Shown here in pieces: positions 1-12,744 of a stretch of DNA of 64,000 nucleotides (positions are counted from its first letter, which is position 1; every line of letters starts with the position of its first letter). This DNA comes from Eledone cirrhosa (Eukaryota). Both the position numbers and the translations under genes were made by a program. Below the pieces are notes generated by a model, which saw only the letters and a list, made by a program, of their open reading frames with translations, did no database searches and was not told the origin of the DNA. The stretch spans positions 188,046,001-188,110,000 of the forward strand of contig OZ024740.1 in NCBI GenBank assembly GCA_964016885.1. The letters run 5' to 3'.

Positions 1-33
1 AAGTCAATTGCATGAACTCATAATCCTTTATTT

Positions 34-89
34 ACTCCTATATATATTTTGATGATAGCCATTGAATGGCTATGACCTCATCAGGCAGT
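34..89 (-). ncRNA. Degenerate type I hammerhead ribozyme of the Penelope pLTR type
   Basis: Minus strand reads ACTGC-CTGATGA-GGTC-ATAGCCA-TTCAA-TGGCTAT-CATC-AAAA-TATATATA-GGAGT. CUGAUGA core and stem II are present, GAAA has become AAAA, stem III is palindromic. The homolog at 56281-56310 keeps GAAA-TATATATA-GCAGT. Confidence 0.6.
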
Positions 90-699
90 TAGTCAGTTCT
101 TAGATATGCCAGCTCTGTGTTTATAGTGTTGATGGCATCAGAGCCTTGGGACATATGAGCTTGTTAGGAATAATTTAATGTTGTCAGCAGGAATAGTCTT
201 GATTCTCATTGGTCAGTTTGTAGATGGTAGTAGGGTTGGTATTTGACCTCAAAGAGGCAGGTGGTGTTGTAAAGTTCAAACCATCAGGCAAGATGACAAT
301 AGTTCCATATGAATGTTTTTCACAAAAAGCATTCCTGGTCAGATATATATTCAATTAAGGTTAATAGTATGAAATAGATACTACAGGTCATTCTTAAATT
401 GAGGAATTTATGTGGAGTGGTTCTACTGAAATTTATGGTTGGAGTAGAAAATTTACAAATAAAAAGATTTATGTAGGTTGGCTTGCACTACACTCACACC
501 CACCTCCACATCCACACACACACATCCACACATACAAAATGTGGGGTGGTAATACTTAATATAATGGTTAGAGTCTAATACTTAGATAGTTTAGAAAATT
601 TAGAAATAAAAGGTTTATGCTGGTTGATTTGTACATACACTCACACCTACGTCCTCAGATACTCACACATCTACACACACAAATCCATACAGGTGTGCA

Positions 700-1020
700 T
701 ATATATACACGTATGCATGTATGTACGCACAAGTATATATATATATATATAAAATATATATATATACATAGAACATACATATATATAAAATATATACATA
801 TAAAAATATAAAAAATATATATATACATACATAAAATATATACACATACATAAAATATATACACACATAAAACATACATACATATATATATAAAATACAC
901 ATACATATATATATATATAAAATATATACATACATATACATACATATAAAATACACATATATACACATATAAAATATATATATATATACACATGATACAT
1001 ATATACATACATATATATAT
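700..1020. repeat. Degenerate (TA)n/(CA)n microsatellite
   Basis: Direct inspection; source of the spurious I/Y/C ORFs. Confidence 0.95.
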
Positions 1021-1871
1021 AAAATCAGGTTCAATAAAACATTGTTTAGATGACTTCTAACCAGTAGAGGATCCGGTGGACCATCCATCATAGGGACCAC
1101 AAACTATGGGTGGTTGTTGTTGTCCATTGGTCATTGGTACGGGGTGTAGGGGACCTACAGGGGGGGGCGTAACCGGGGTTTATCCATATAGCTTGAGGAA
1201 AGTTCCCGTCCTTAGGTGTCTGCAGGCACCGAATAAGTCGGCCCTTCTGTTTAATAGCTTGGTTCCGCCATGAAGGATCTCGAGTGTCTCAGTAAGACAG
1301 AGGTTGCAAATACCAGACACGCCTCTGTCTGGGGGAACCTTTCTAGCCACGGACCAGACCAGAGAGTGCGGGGTCTTTTCAAGTTTGAGCTTCCAGATCA
1401 ATTCAGAAAGGGCCGTACATTTCCTCTTTTCTGTTCTGTTAAAGGAATAGCGATGGTTATACCACCGATCTTTGAAGTTCGTCGCTGTGGATCCTATGTA
1501 GTGGTGCTCCGAGTTAGGGGTTGTGATCTTGCACCTGTAGACCACGTTTTTCGTTATGCATTCATTACTAAGGGGGCATAGTGATGGGTCTCTGCAATTA
1601 CATGACTTCTTAAGCCCCACCACATGTACCGCGTGGTTACCATCACTCTGGATTGGCTAGGTAGCCTCAGCAATCAGCACAGGGTCGTTGGATTCCGGTG
1701 TGCTAGTTGGGCCTGTCCGGGTTCCGTTGCGTCCCACATGCTGGTTCTGTTGAGTGGATCCGGGGTTTACGGTGGTATTAGAGGCAGTGAGCCTATTCCT
1801 ATTTATGCCCGCTATGTGCTGGGCTACGGAGCGTGTGGTTGAGTAGGAAAGTTTCACCGTGTGCCTGTTGA
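1021..1871 (-). mobile_element. 5'-truncated Penelope-like retroelement fragment (linker, GIY-YIG endonuclease, 3' end) between TA microsatellites
   Basis: Contains the GIY-YIG ORF 1180-1623 and the upstream linker ORF 1657-1857 (KLSYS motif). GC-richer than the flanks, with (TA)n on both sides. Confidence 0.8.
1180..1857 (-). pseudogene. PLE GIY-YIG endonuclease domain plus linker, interrupted (stop at 1657 and frame change)
   Basis: CNCRDPSLCPLSNEC...NVVYRCKI...HYIGST..FKDRWYNH...CNLCLTE...LLNRR..LFGACRH matches the PLE GIY-YIG/Zn-binding pattern. Confidence 0.8.
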
Positions 1872-2053
1872 ATATATATATTTATGTATATATATATATT
1901 TATGTATATATATATATTTATTTATATATATACATATATTTATATTTATATATATAAATATATAAATATATAAATATATAAATATATATACATAAATATA
2001 TATATATATATACATAAATATATATATATATACATAAATATATATATATATAC

Positions 2054-2094
<41 letters not shown>

Positions 2095-2151
2095 AATATA
2101 TATATATATACATAAATATATATATATATACATAAATATATATATATATAC

Positions 2152-2192
<41 letters not shown>

Positions 2193-2283
2193 AATATATA
2201 TATATATATACATAAATATATATATATATACATAAATATATATATATTCATAAATATATATATATATAAATATATATATATAC

Positions 2284-2372
<89 letters not shown>
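1872..2372. repeat. TA-derived minisatellite (ACATAAATATATATATATAT-like ~20-bp unit) grading into (TA)n
   Basis: Repeated CATAAATATATATATATATA units visible. Confidence 0.9.
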
Positions 2373-2375
<3 letters not shown>

Positions 2376-2489
2376 GTAGGTTGCTGGAGGTGGCACTAAT
2401 GTGAGCACTCCATGCTATAGCATAGTACATATGCCAAGTATGATATAACAGTTTCACTTTAAAATGATTTTAATATTTTAATTTATGTT

Positions 2490-2629
2490 GACCATTACAT
2501 ATGTTTCACAGATGATTGGCTCGAGATTAATTGATTCCACACATCTTAGGAGCAGATAGATGCAGAAATCAGGTCTATCACATCGATGATGACCTCAAGC
2601 CAAACATCTGTGAAACATATGTAATGATC
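2490..2629. repeat. Isolated inverted repeat / hairpin (~36-bp near-perfect stem)
   Basis: GACCATTACATATGTTTCACAGATGATTGGCTCGAG versus the reverse complement of CTCAAGCCAAACATCTGTGAAACATATGTAATGATC: 3 mismatches by eye. Confidence 0.85.
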
Positions 2630-3240
2630 TATATACAATAATAACATTTTAATGTGAAACTTCTGTATATAATGCATGTAAGATATATGAATGAATAAGA
2701 TTCAGAATAATATGTGACATTTGAGTTGAGGTTTATTAAAATCTGTTATAATATAAACTATTGTAATGAGAGATATCATGGTCTCAGAGTTATGAGATAT
2801 TTAACTTAGTTTACAACAAATCACCTGAAACTGTTGCTGGTTTTACAATATAAAACTCTTTATCATAAAGTGCTTAATTTTATCTAGAATGTTTCCATCA
2901 TATGTTTTATGTAACTTCCTTTGTTGATTAGGAAACCATATTTTCCTGCCAATAAATACTTAGAAGTTCCTCTTTGATAATTGATATACTACTTTATTAA
3001 TAGTTTTTTATCTAGTGAATTTATAAACAATACAAACAAAGGACTATAAATATGTAAATACACATTTCTGCATGTGTAGTTTCTACATTCTTTCCCTCTT
3101 TTTCTATCTTTCTTCAAAAAGGACATGTGTTTGAAACTTTGGAGTTTTAATTCCTCATGGCAAATCAACTGACTCTATTTTTAAATCTTTTTCTTGAAGA
3201 TGGGAACACTCCAGTTATATATATATATATACATATATAT

Positions 3241-3535
3241 ATCATCATCATCACCGTTTTACGTCCATTCTTCCATGTTAGCATGGGTTAGACGGGTTAG
3301 CCTGTTGTGGGCGATGTTAGGTCGGGTGACCTTGTCTTGCTCATACGAGAACTGATATTGGCTTGAATTCTACGGCTGAATGCCCTTCCTAAAACCAACC
3401 TCAATTACAGTGAGTGCTGGGTGCTTTTATTTTGTGGTGCCTACATAACCACTTTACAGTGTGGGATGGGTGCTTTCTTATTGTGACACCTCCACGACCA
3501 CTTTGCAGTCGGAGGCGATGGGGGGATATTTTCTA
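3241..3535 (-). mobile_element. RTE LINE family A 3' UTR fragment
   Basis: (CAT)n tail; homologous to the reverse complement of 28970-29260. Confidence 0.85.
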
Positions 3536-3731
3536 TATATATATATATATACTTGTTAAAAAATACAACTCACCAATACAAATAAGTTTGAAAATGAAAC
3601 TTTAAAAACCTACCTATATCCAAAACTGCCCAGTTCAAATATAATTTAGATAACCATGATTTGTAAATCCTTATTTAAAAATATATAATTTATTTGGTGT
3701 GAAATTTTTTGTTGTGTACTGTAAATTTGCC

Positions 3732-4043
3732 TCATCATCATCATCATCATCACGTTTTTACGTCCGTTCTTCCACGCTAGCATGGGTTAGACGGGTTGTC
3801 CTGTTGTCGGCAGTGTCTGGTCGGCTGACCATGCCTTGCTCATACAGGAACTGATTTGGCTTGATTTCTACAGCTGGATGCCCTTCCTAACACCAACCTC
3901 ATTTACAGTGAGTGCTGGGTGCTTTTTTGTGGCGCCTACACGTCCACTTTACAGTGTGGGCTGGGTGCTTTTTTGCCGTGGCACCTCCACGACCACTCTG
4001 CAGTGGGGGGTGTGGGGGCATATTGTCTATATGCTCCAGCTTG
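3732..4043 (-). mobile_element. RTE LINE family A 3' UTR fragment (young)
   Basis: (CAT)n tail; near-identical to the reverse complement of 28960-29260. Confidence 0.9.
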
Positions 4044-4639
4044 CCTGTATATATATATATAAAAAACATTAGGTGCATCTTCAACTCTTCAGTATTTTTT
4101 CACATATACCTACATATATTAATATCTTAATAAGTCACGTGATAGATGAAAGCATTAGATTCCAACAATAAATATTATTTTATTATTCTCTGTTTTGGCT
4201 TAAGTGAATAAGTGTTTTATTACTTCTCTGACAATGATACTTTATTAATATATTATTCAGTACACTACCAAGGACATTTATTCATTATACATACATAGTG
4301 CTGTAGTTGCTGGTTTGAATAAAATCGTAGTAAAAAACATAAACATAGAAATTAATTGTATGGATTAAGTAAATAAAGCAATAGGATTGTGTGTATCACC
4401 TCAAGAAAATTATTTTGTAGTAGAGAAATTATGTAATAAATGTAACTAGGTTGGTTTTGGAGGATCATTATTACTATTTTTACGTTAGATTTTTCATGCT
4501 GGCATGGTTTGTACAAGACGTTTTGAGGCAAGGTTTTAAAGCCAGATACTCTTCCTGATACTAAGCCTTTTAGTTGATTCTTGAGATATGCAAGGATATA
4601 TTGTATCAGTTCTAAACCAGATACACATAGCTAATAATG

Positions 4640-4845
4640 ATAATAGTGATTTCTACTTTAGATACAAGGTCAGTAATTTGAGTTATGGGGAAAGCTGATT
4701 ATATCATCCCAACTTCTTTTACTGCTACTTAATTTTATCGACCCCAGAAGGATCAGAGTCAAAGTAGACCTTGGTGGGATTTAAACTAAAAAGAAATACT
4801 GCTAAGCATTTGTGAAATGGTCTAACAATTCTGCCAATCCATTGT
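4640..4845 (-). mobile_element. tRNA-derived SINE (family S1), diverged
   Basis: Similar to 8848-9020 and 49541-49737 (TTTCTACTTTAG...ATTTTATCGACCCC.AAGGAT...GGGATTT.AACT). Confidence 0.65.
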
Positions 4846-5841
4846 CAATGATTATAAAAATGGAAATAATTGTTTCTACTTTTGGCACAAGGCCAGCAAT
4901 TACCCAGTGCATTACTGGTACTTGGAAATAATAAGTATGAATAAGAGACATGAAGATATCAGACAACCACGGTAATGATAGACAGACAACCAACCAATAT
5001 CTGTTACAAGCAAGAATTGGCAACATCTTCTAATGAAGAAGACCTGCCTACCAACCTAAAATGATACATGTCTCCACCTTCATCAGCACACTTTTGTAGC
5101 TATCCTCACTGTTATTATACACCATATCCATGCTCTCTCTACTATCACACCTTAGTAGTTATTCTCACCATCACTACACTCCACCCTATCCTGTCAGTGT
5201 TTATTGCTTCCCTCCTTCTTATTGCCCTTTCAAATCCCACCACACTAGTCATACTCCCATAACATCATACTTATCTTCCTTCTCCCCCATCTCCCTCATA
5301 GAGTAAAGAGCACTTTTCAGTTGAGAAAATAACAAGGAAAATAACCAGTGAGATGGCATGACAATGTACCCAATACAACATGCAGGTGTTTAAAGATAAA
5401 GAAGATGCCCTGCTATAGAAGCCATGATAAAAAGCGTTGAGAGGAATCTGTAGTTGTTTCAATGACACAACAACCTCTCTAGTGTTTGTGATCTACATGA
5501 TAAATGCAGTACATATTGTAAAGTGGTTGGTGATAGAAAGGATATCAACCCATAGAAAATCTGCCAATAAAGAACTCTTCAGCAGTTTCTAAACAATAAC
5601 ATCCTCTCAAGTACTGGGGTCATGATAAAATTCCCTCAGTAGAGTGTGGGAACATATGTATACATTATGGAGGACCTTGGTCCACCTGTGATGTTTGTTG
5701 CTCTACTTTAATGCTGACTTAGTCTTTGAAAACCTGCCCAACAGTTTCACACAAGAAAGACACTGTCACTCAACCTGAGATGTGACAACCTGTCTAACCA
5801 AAGCAAGTGTGGAAAATTGACATTAAACGGAGATTATACTG

Positions 5842-5888
<47 letters not shown>

Positions 5889-6093
5889 ACAGTTTCAATT
5901 TATCATTGAAATCAATAAGTGATGGTGAATTTTGATTCAATGATTGAAATTAATAGAAACAAATTATGCCAAGGTAATTGCTTTATTTTTTCCTGTTCTC
6001 ATAATATTCACTTCGGGAATATTTAAATTCATATGTGTAAATTTAAATATCTATATATTTTTTGTACTTTATGCAAATACATGTGTGTGCATG

Positions 6094-6126
<33 letters not shown>

Positions 6127-6177
6127 ACACAAGTTTGCATAAAATGCAAGTAATATATAGATATTTAAATTTACAAA

Positions 6178-6335
6178 TGGCACATTGGAAGAGTTGTTAG
6201 GGAGTCAGATAGAGTCATTTGCAGTATTCATTCTGGCTCTCTTCTCTCTCAGTTCAAATCCTGCCAAGATCAACTTTGCCTTTCATCCATTCAAGGTTGA
6301 TAAAAAAATGTACCAATTTAGCACTGGGGTCGATT
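6178..6335 (+). mobile_element. tRNA-derived SINE (family S1)
   Basis: B-box-like GTTCAAATCC followed by CTTTGCCTTTCATCC..TC..GGTTGATAAAA..GTACCA body. Confidence 0.7.
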
Positions 6336-6403
6336 CTTATATATTTCTTTCTGAATTGTTTTCTCTCACTTTCGATCATTCTCTGGAGAAAATCTGTTAT
6401 ACT

Positions 6404-6464
6404 CAGGCCTGAAGAAGGGATGGGCTTTGCCAGGTTTAAAAATTCCCTAAGAAACGCTGTACCT
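6404..6464 (+). ncRNA. Degenerate hammerhead-like motif
   Basis: AGGC-CTGAAGA-AGGGA...TCCCT-AA-GAAA-CGCT-GTA-CCT: core, 5-bp stem II and GAAA present; stems I and III weak. Confidence 0.35.
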
Positions 6465-6994
6465 CAATATGGTACCCTTAAGACTCACTCAGGAGTTACA
6501 GGACCATATCATATATATATACACAGACACATACACACATGCACACACATAAATACAATTAGAAGGGTATGTTCCCAATATAATCACACATACCAGGTTT
6601 GTTTTATTTTTGTTTTATTATCATTTAAGTAACAAACCCATTCTTTGGTTAGTTTAGTAACTGGATGGTTGTTTAATTATGATATTTAATTGTTAACACT
6701 TTCGTCAAACATTCTGTGACTTTCTCAATGACTATTTTTGCCCCTCTCTGTCGGTTTGTTCTTTTTATTCCATGTTTTCCTTGTATACATACTCATATAT
6801 ATATTTCGAAAATATATTTTACTATATATTTCAACACTCATTTTAACACAACGTAGTAAATATATTTTCTAAGATATATATGTTAAAAATTAATTTTGGC
6901 ACATATATTTCTCTATATCCCTTGCTTTTAAATTTCTTTTTCAAACCAATTATCTAGAAATACTTATATAATGGTTTGCATTGGCTGTTTATCT

Positions 6995-7325
6995 CCATCA
7001 TCATCATATATCTATTTTCCATGTTTACATGTGTTAGACAGACTGTTACACTGAGGTTAGGCAGATAAGATGACAGTCTCTCATTCATAAGTTCCATCCT
7101 GGTTTGGTTATTTGTCTGGATAACTTTCTAACATGAACAACTTTACAGACTGTACTTGATTTTTTATTGTGGCGCTGGTATTACCACCTTAGTGTGTACT
7201 GGCTGCATTTCATCATGGTGCTGACACTAACTTCTTCCTGGGTGTACTGGGTGCTTTTCATCGTGACACCAGCACGACCACTTTATAGAGTGGGTTCAGT
7301 GCATTTTATTTTGATTTCACCATGA
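6995..7325 (-). mobile_element. Old RTE-related 3' end with about four degenerate ~45-bp tandem units
   Basis: (CAT)n tail near 7000; repeated CTTTACAG..TGTACTGG.TGC.TTT units. Confidence 0.55.
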
Positions 7326-7811
7326 CACTTGCACTACTTCATTTGTATAAATAATGTTATTTATGCTACATGTGACAATTGTGTGTACATGTGTGTGAGA
7401 GATAGAAGATACATTAAAAGTAGACTTTGGGAATCAGCATTTTTTTATGTGAAAATCATTCATGAAATCCTGTTCCTTTTAGTCATGAAATATTTTCGGA
7501 AAATATTCCTCTGTATAAGAAACGAATATCTAAAGTAATCGATGCATTACTCATGTGTTAATATTACATGTAGCAGTTTATGTGTAATGTGTGTGTCTAT
7601 CCATGTCTATTGCATATGTTTGTAAGTATATCAGTGTTTGTGTCTGTACATAGGTATACTTTTTACATTCTTTTTTCCTTTCCCTCTTATCTCTCTTTCA
7701 ATTCTTTTTCAGTTTCTTTATACTTTGAACATCATCACATTGCTCATATGCCTTTAGCCTTCATTATATATTTACCCAGTATGTGTGCATCTATCTATAT
7801 ATATATATAAA

Positions 7812-7864
<53 letters not shown>

Positions 7865-8847
7865 ATGTATGTGTATATATACACATACATATATGCATTT
7901 GATTTTCATATGGCTGCAATCCTTTTTGTAATTTGAAGCATATTACATATTACATCTCATCTCTACATTGTCCTTAACTATACTTTTTACATTATTTCAT
8001 TGGGAAGACCTTATCATAGATTTGTAATAGCAGTTACCATGATACTAATGCAATAATACATGTTTCAGATTCTGAATTTTACTAACATTTTTTACCTGAT
8101 AGATAAATCTCACACAACACATAATGTTAATATATTTAAAGTGAGTAGGTGTCATGAGACAGTATAAGTTCAGATAATTTTTTTTTTTTCTTAAAAAAAC
8201 ACTTTTTGAATTTAACAATGGTTGTTGTATAAGTAACAGTATAATCTCACATCTTGATACTAACTATCATTATATCCTATGCATCAGTAACATATAGTGG
8301 TTGTTGTCAAAGGATGAGCAACCATGCTGAACTTACTATTCTGGCTTGTTTAAACATACAAACATTAAGGTATGTCTATATATGTTACAACTTAATCTTT
8401 GTTTCTGAGTGTGTATCCTAGTACTGTAAAAATATAATTATTATAAAATAAAATAAAAGTACACACCTAACATACCTTACCAGTAAAACATTTTAATTCA
8501 TATTCTTCAAAGTATTCAATCAAAGGCCTCTTCACATACACCTAAAAAATATCTATGAAACATTTATTTTATCCTCTTACCATGTAAGATATTGTTTAAT
8601 ACTTAGAGCTTAAATATTTAAAATCCTGTTTAAGAAAGCAATTCTATTAAATGTGACTACTTTATTGGAATGTTGTATGATTAGGCAAACATTTCCTCAA
8701 CAGAGTAAAATTTAGCAACAGAGTAAAATGTTGCATATGAAACGCCTTATGAGTGCTCAATAGCATAATATTAGGGTCACAATTATGTTAATCACAACAT
8801 ACAGGTAATTATGGAGTTTGTCATTCATTTCTTCTTGGGTCTAGATA

Positions 8848-9020
8848 ATAATTGTTTCTACTTTAGGCACAAGGCCAGCAATTACCCAGTGCATTACTGG
8901 TACTTTATTTTATGGACCCCGTAAGGATGAAAGGCAAAGTCAACCTCGGCGGGATTTGAACTCAGATCATAAAGGGTTGTAACTATGCTGGAAAGCATGG
9001 CGTCCGACCCTCCACCGCCT
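8848..9020 (-). mobile_element. tRNA-derived SINE (family S1, probably Meta-domain type)
   Basis: Minus strand: GAGTTCAAATCCCGCCGAGGTTGACTTTGCCTTTCATCCTTACGGGGTCCATAAAATAAAGTACCAG...GCCTAAAGTAGAAACAATTATT tail. Confidence 0.8.
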
Positions 9021-12000
9021 AGATAATAATAAAAAATATTGAGGACAATACTGTCCACGCCATAGAAAAAATTGTATATACACAACACATTTCAGTTTAT
9101 ACACAGTAAATTAAAATTGTCAATCTATATGTATGTGTTGGTCTTAAACTTATAAGTTAAAACCTCTTTTAATTTTAATGTTTCTAATTACTGCCATTGT
9201 CTCAACAGTTTTATTTTTACCTTTCATATAACATCTACTTTTGACATATATAATTCACATTGATGAAGCATAAATTAGAAGTTTACTCATTAATAATTGT
9301 AATAGACCCCTTAGATATGTGTTAAAATCTTGCTTGGAAATATTTATTATAATACAATTGTTCTGTCAAGAATAAATGACAACATGTATTTGAGTCAGCT
9401 TATATGAAAAGGCTCCATAAATTTGAATAATTCATCATTTAGATATTGTTGTAATTGGTGTCATTAAGAGTAACCTGTCATAAGTTTTAACTATTCTCAC
9501 AAATGTTCAAACATGTAGGACAAGAAAAAGATTCCTATAAGGAAAGGCAATTCACTTCTATAGTTAATTTTCTCAAGATATTACAATTTATCTTTTTGCA
9601 CTCACACTTTCCAACCTCTGGCCAAGAGATGTGCTGTATCATTCCTCTACCTTTTCTATGACTACTACAATGGTCGTTGCACCATGCTATTGGTTGTTCG
9701 TATGCCACTCATGCACACTCAACTCACTTGATTCTACTTCTCACATCATTTATGTTGTGTTCAATTCATCAGGTCTCTCACTAACTGTTATGTTCAGTTT
9801 TTTTCTTGCTCCTTACTCTGGACGTTCAAAACAAAATACTAGAACACTATTATGAGGCATACTTAATTGGAGTTTTACATTCAGTATTCTAGATTCAGTA
9901 TTGTTTTATTGTTGGTCTGGTAATCTAGGTTAGATATTAAGATGTAACTTAGAATTATATCTATAAAACAGATGCTAAATGGAAAAACATACTACTTGAA
10001 ATTTTCTCTGGACGGAAAGTTTACAAAAATAATGAAATCATTTGAATATTCTGTTGAAACATTATAAACAGAATACTTGAATTTGACTTTCATCATTTGT
10101 TTTTGTTTTCATGAAAGCTATTCTTATAAGCATGTTCTTAATTGTATTTCGAACCTGAGCAGAAACATATGCATGAACAAATAAATATAGCTCAATGCTT
10201 CCCCCCACCCACATCCACACACACACACATCACGTTTGAATTTCTTCTTTGCTTTTTATTGAAATTTGAAGTCATTCACTATAAGAACTTAATTATTGGT
10301 CATTATTGAATCTAGTTTCTTTTTGGTAAAACAGTTGTCTTAATTCCACACCAATCTATAATTGATATTGTAATAAATTCAATTCAAGTGGTTAATTGAC
10401 TTTAGTGCTATTTAATCTTTGATGTTACTTATATTTAAAAATAAAGACAAAAGTCTGTTCACTTTCCATTAACTTGTTTGGAATACTCCATTTTGTTATT
10501 GGTTTTATTTGGCTTTGGACAATCAATAATCGTAGCAATACCTTCTACAAAGCAGTATACCAACACCATCATTCTCCCCATCAAACACATTCAATCACTT
10601 AACAATTAGGAACCACTGTTTTTAACCTGTTTGTTTGCTTGATTGATTGCTTTAGTGTCTGCTTTAATATCTCAGAAACTAATGAAGCTAGGAAGTCTAA
10701 CATTTTTATCAATGATTTACAAGTAAAAGAAAAAAGTATATTTTTTCTTTTGAAATTTTACTTTTTTGGTAAGTTATTCTGTTGTTAAGCTCTCTTCATT
10801 GTGTTACCTATATGTTATATGAAAAAGAAGAACGCCAGTTATAAAATACAATTGATTTCACATATAGGTACATATCTAAGCAATTTTCTTTAATATATTG
10901 CTTTTCTTTCATATAAATGTGATAAATTATAGCTAGAACCGAAAATACATTGAAATGGTGACCACATATGTAGGGAAGAAAATTACTTTTCATTTCATTT
11001 GTTAACATTTTGGTTGGTATTGAGTCAAATATTCTTTCTTACAATGTACAGAATGGATGTGTGGTCTTTCACTTCCATAGCTTCTATCAGCTTTGAGCAC
11101 CCTGCACATTTTTATACAGCTGTCATCCTCCATGCACATCAAATGTCTATAGCACTGCAACTTCATATATATATATTGTGTGTGTTATTGGTACATTAAA
11201 ATGCACCCTGTGCACTCTGCAGAGGTCAGTAACTCTGATTAAGCTTTTACTTGGTGTATGATGAATTGTCCAATGGATATTAAATGATGATGATAATAAT
11301 ATACGTTCCACATGTGCACGCACACACAGCCACATATGTATAATGATTATGTGAATGTATATGTGCATACATATATCGTTATATATGAGAGTATATGTAG
11401 ATACATATTTGTATTATTTACACATGTACATGTATGTAATCATTTTCCTTTCTCTGATATATTTCAACAGGGAAAACAGATGTTAAAGATGATAATGATG
11501 ACTGTGTGAGCCTTTTATTATGACTGAGATTTCAAAGCAAATCTGCTTGTATGAGTAAATCAACAATGCCTATTCACTATTGAAGCTTATAATAATGGTC
11601 ATAAATGATATCCAGATATGGCAGTGATATAAAGATTATATGTAATTCCTATCATTCCTATGTCAAGTTATGAGATATTCAGCCATAATAATTTTCTATG
11701 ACCACCTTCATACCATTGTCTTTTCATCAGAAATTAATATTTGTTCTAAAGCTTTTCACTATTGTTGTTGATGTCATCATCATTTTAATACCTATCCTAT
11801 TATACTAGTATGAGTTAGATGATTTCTCCAAATAACATTTCACACTGTTTTCACACTACTCTTGGTGAATATTAATTTTGGTTATCGACATTATCTGCTA
11901 ATATTTTGTTTAATTTTGGACAATTTCAATTTGCTTCTTTATCTTTCATCATGCTATATAGCAATATTAGTTATGACAAGGTACAAGACCTGTTTTCAAA

Positions 12001-12704
12001 GAGGTGAGAATATATTCAATATAGCTGATATCAATATATATCTCTGCAAACACTGGTGGGTAGAGGGCAAAGTTGATTTTCTTAGAAGATGAAATCAAAA
12101 CAGTGAATCAAATGTCAGATATTTTGGCATACTTGTATGGGTGCTGAATTTATTATCTAAATTACTGAAATGATAATAGCAATAATAATTAAGAAAATCA
12201 TCATCACCTTTGTCATCATCATTATACATTCACCTCTCATGCTAGCATGGTTTGGGCAATCCTGTATATCCTGTATACATACATGTTGGGACACGAGGTA
12301 CAAGTAGATTGATAATGTTGGTGGTAGTGAGGGATGAAGAACAACAGGCAGGCTTAATGACCTCCCTTGTTATGGTAGCATGGTGCACTGAATAGGTGAG
12401 TGTCAGAGAAGAGAGGCTGAGATCGATCCAATACTATCCATGGAAACATGGGCAGCAATAAAAATGGTAATAATTCTTAGAATTCAATAGCAAAGGATGA
12501 CATATTTATCGCGAGGGGTATAATCCCAAAAATGAACATTGATATATGACTTTACGTAGTTTATTGGCCCTAGACAGGTGAGATGCAAGGTAGGAGAGAA
12601 ACGTCAGAAGGTACTATAATTTCTGTCACTTACCTGTCATTAATAAGAGGTATATTAGTAATTATTAAAATAGATGAAAAATATCAGTATCATCACCACC
12701 ATTG

Positions 12705-12744
<40 letters not shown>

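Noticed and set aside
1035-1100. Hammerhead in the 3' region of the GIY-YIG element
   Set aside because: Only CTATGA/TAAA-like remnants; both core boxes fail.
2512-2620. Possible exon (TTTCACAG...GTAATG)
   Set aside because: Stops in all three frames from this acceptor, and the apparent splice sites are the arms of the inverted repeat.
7130-7320. CRISPR-like spaced repeats
   Set aside because: Degenerate tandem units of a LINE 3' UTR with no unique spacers or cas genes, in a eukaryotic context.
11471-11505. Micro-exon-like segment after a good acceptor
   Set aside because: Matches the decayed RTE terminal motif GGAAAAC.GA.GTTAAA.GATGAT.
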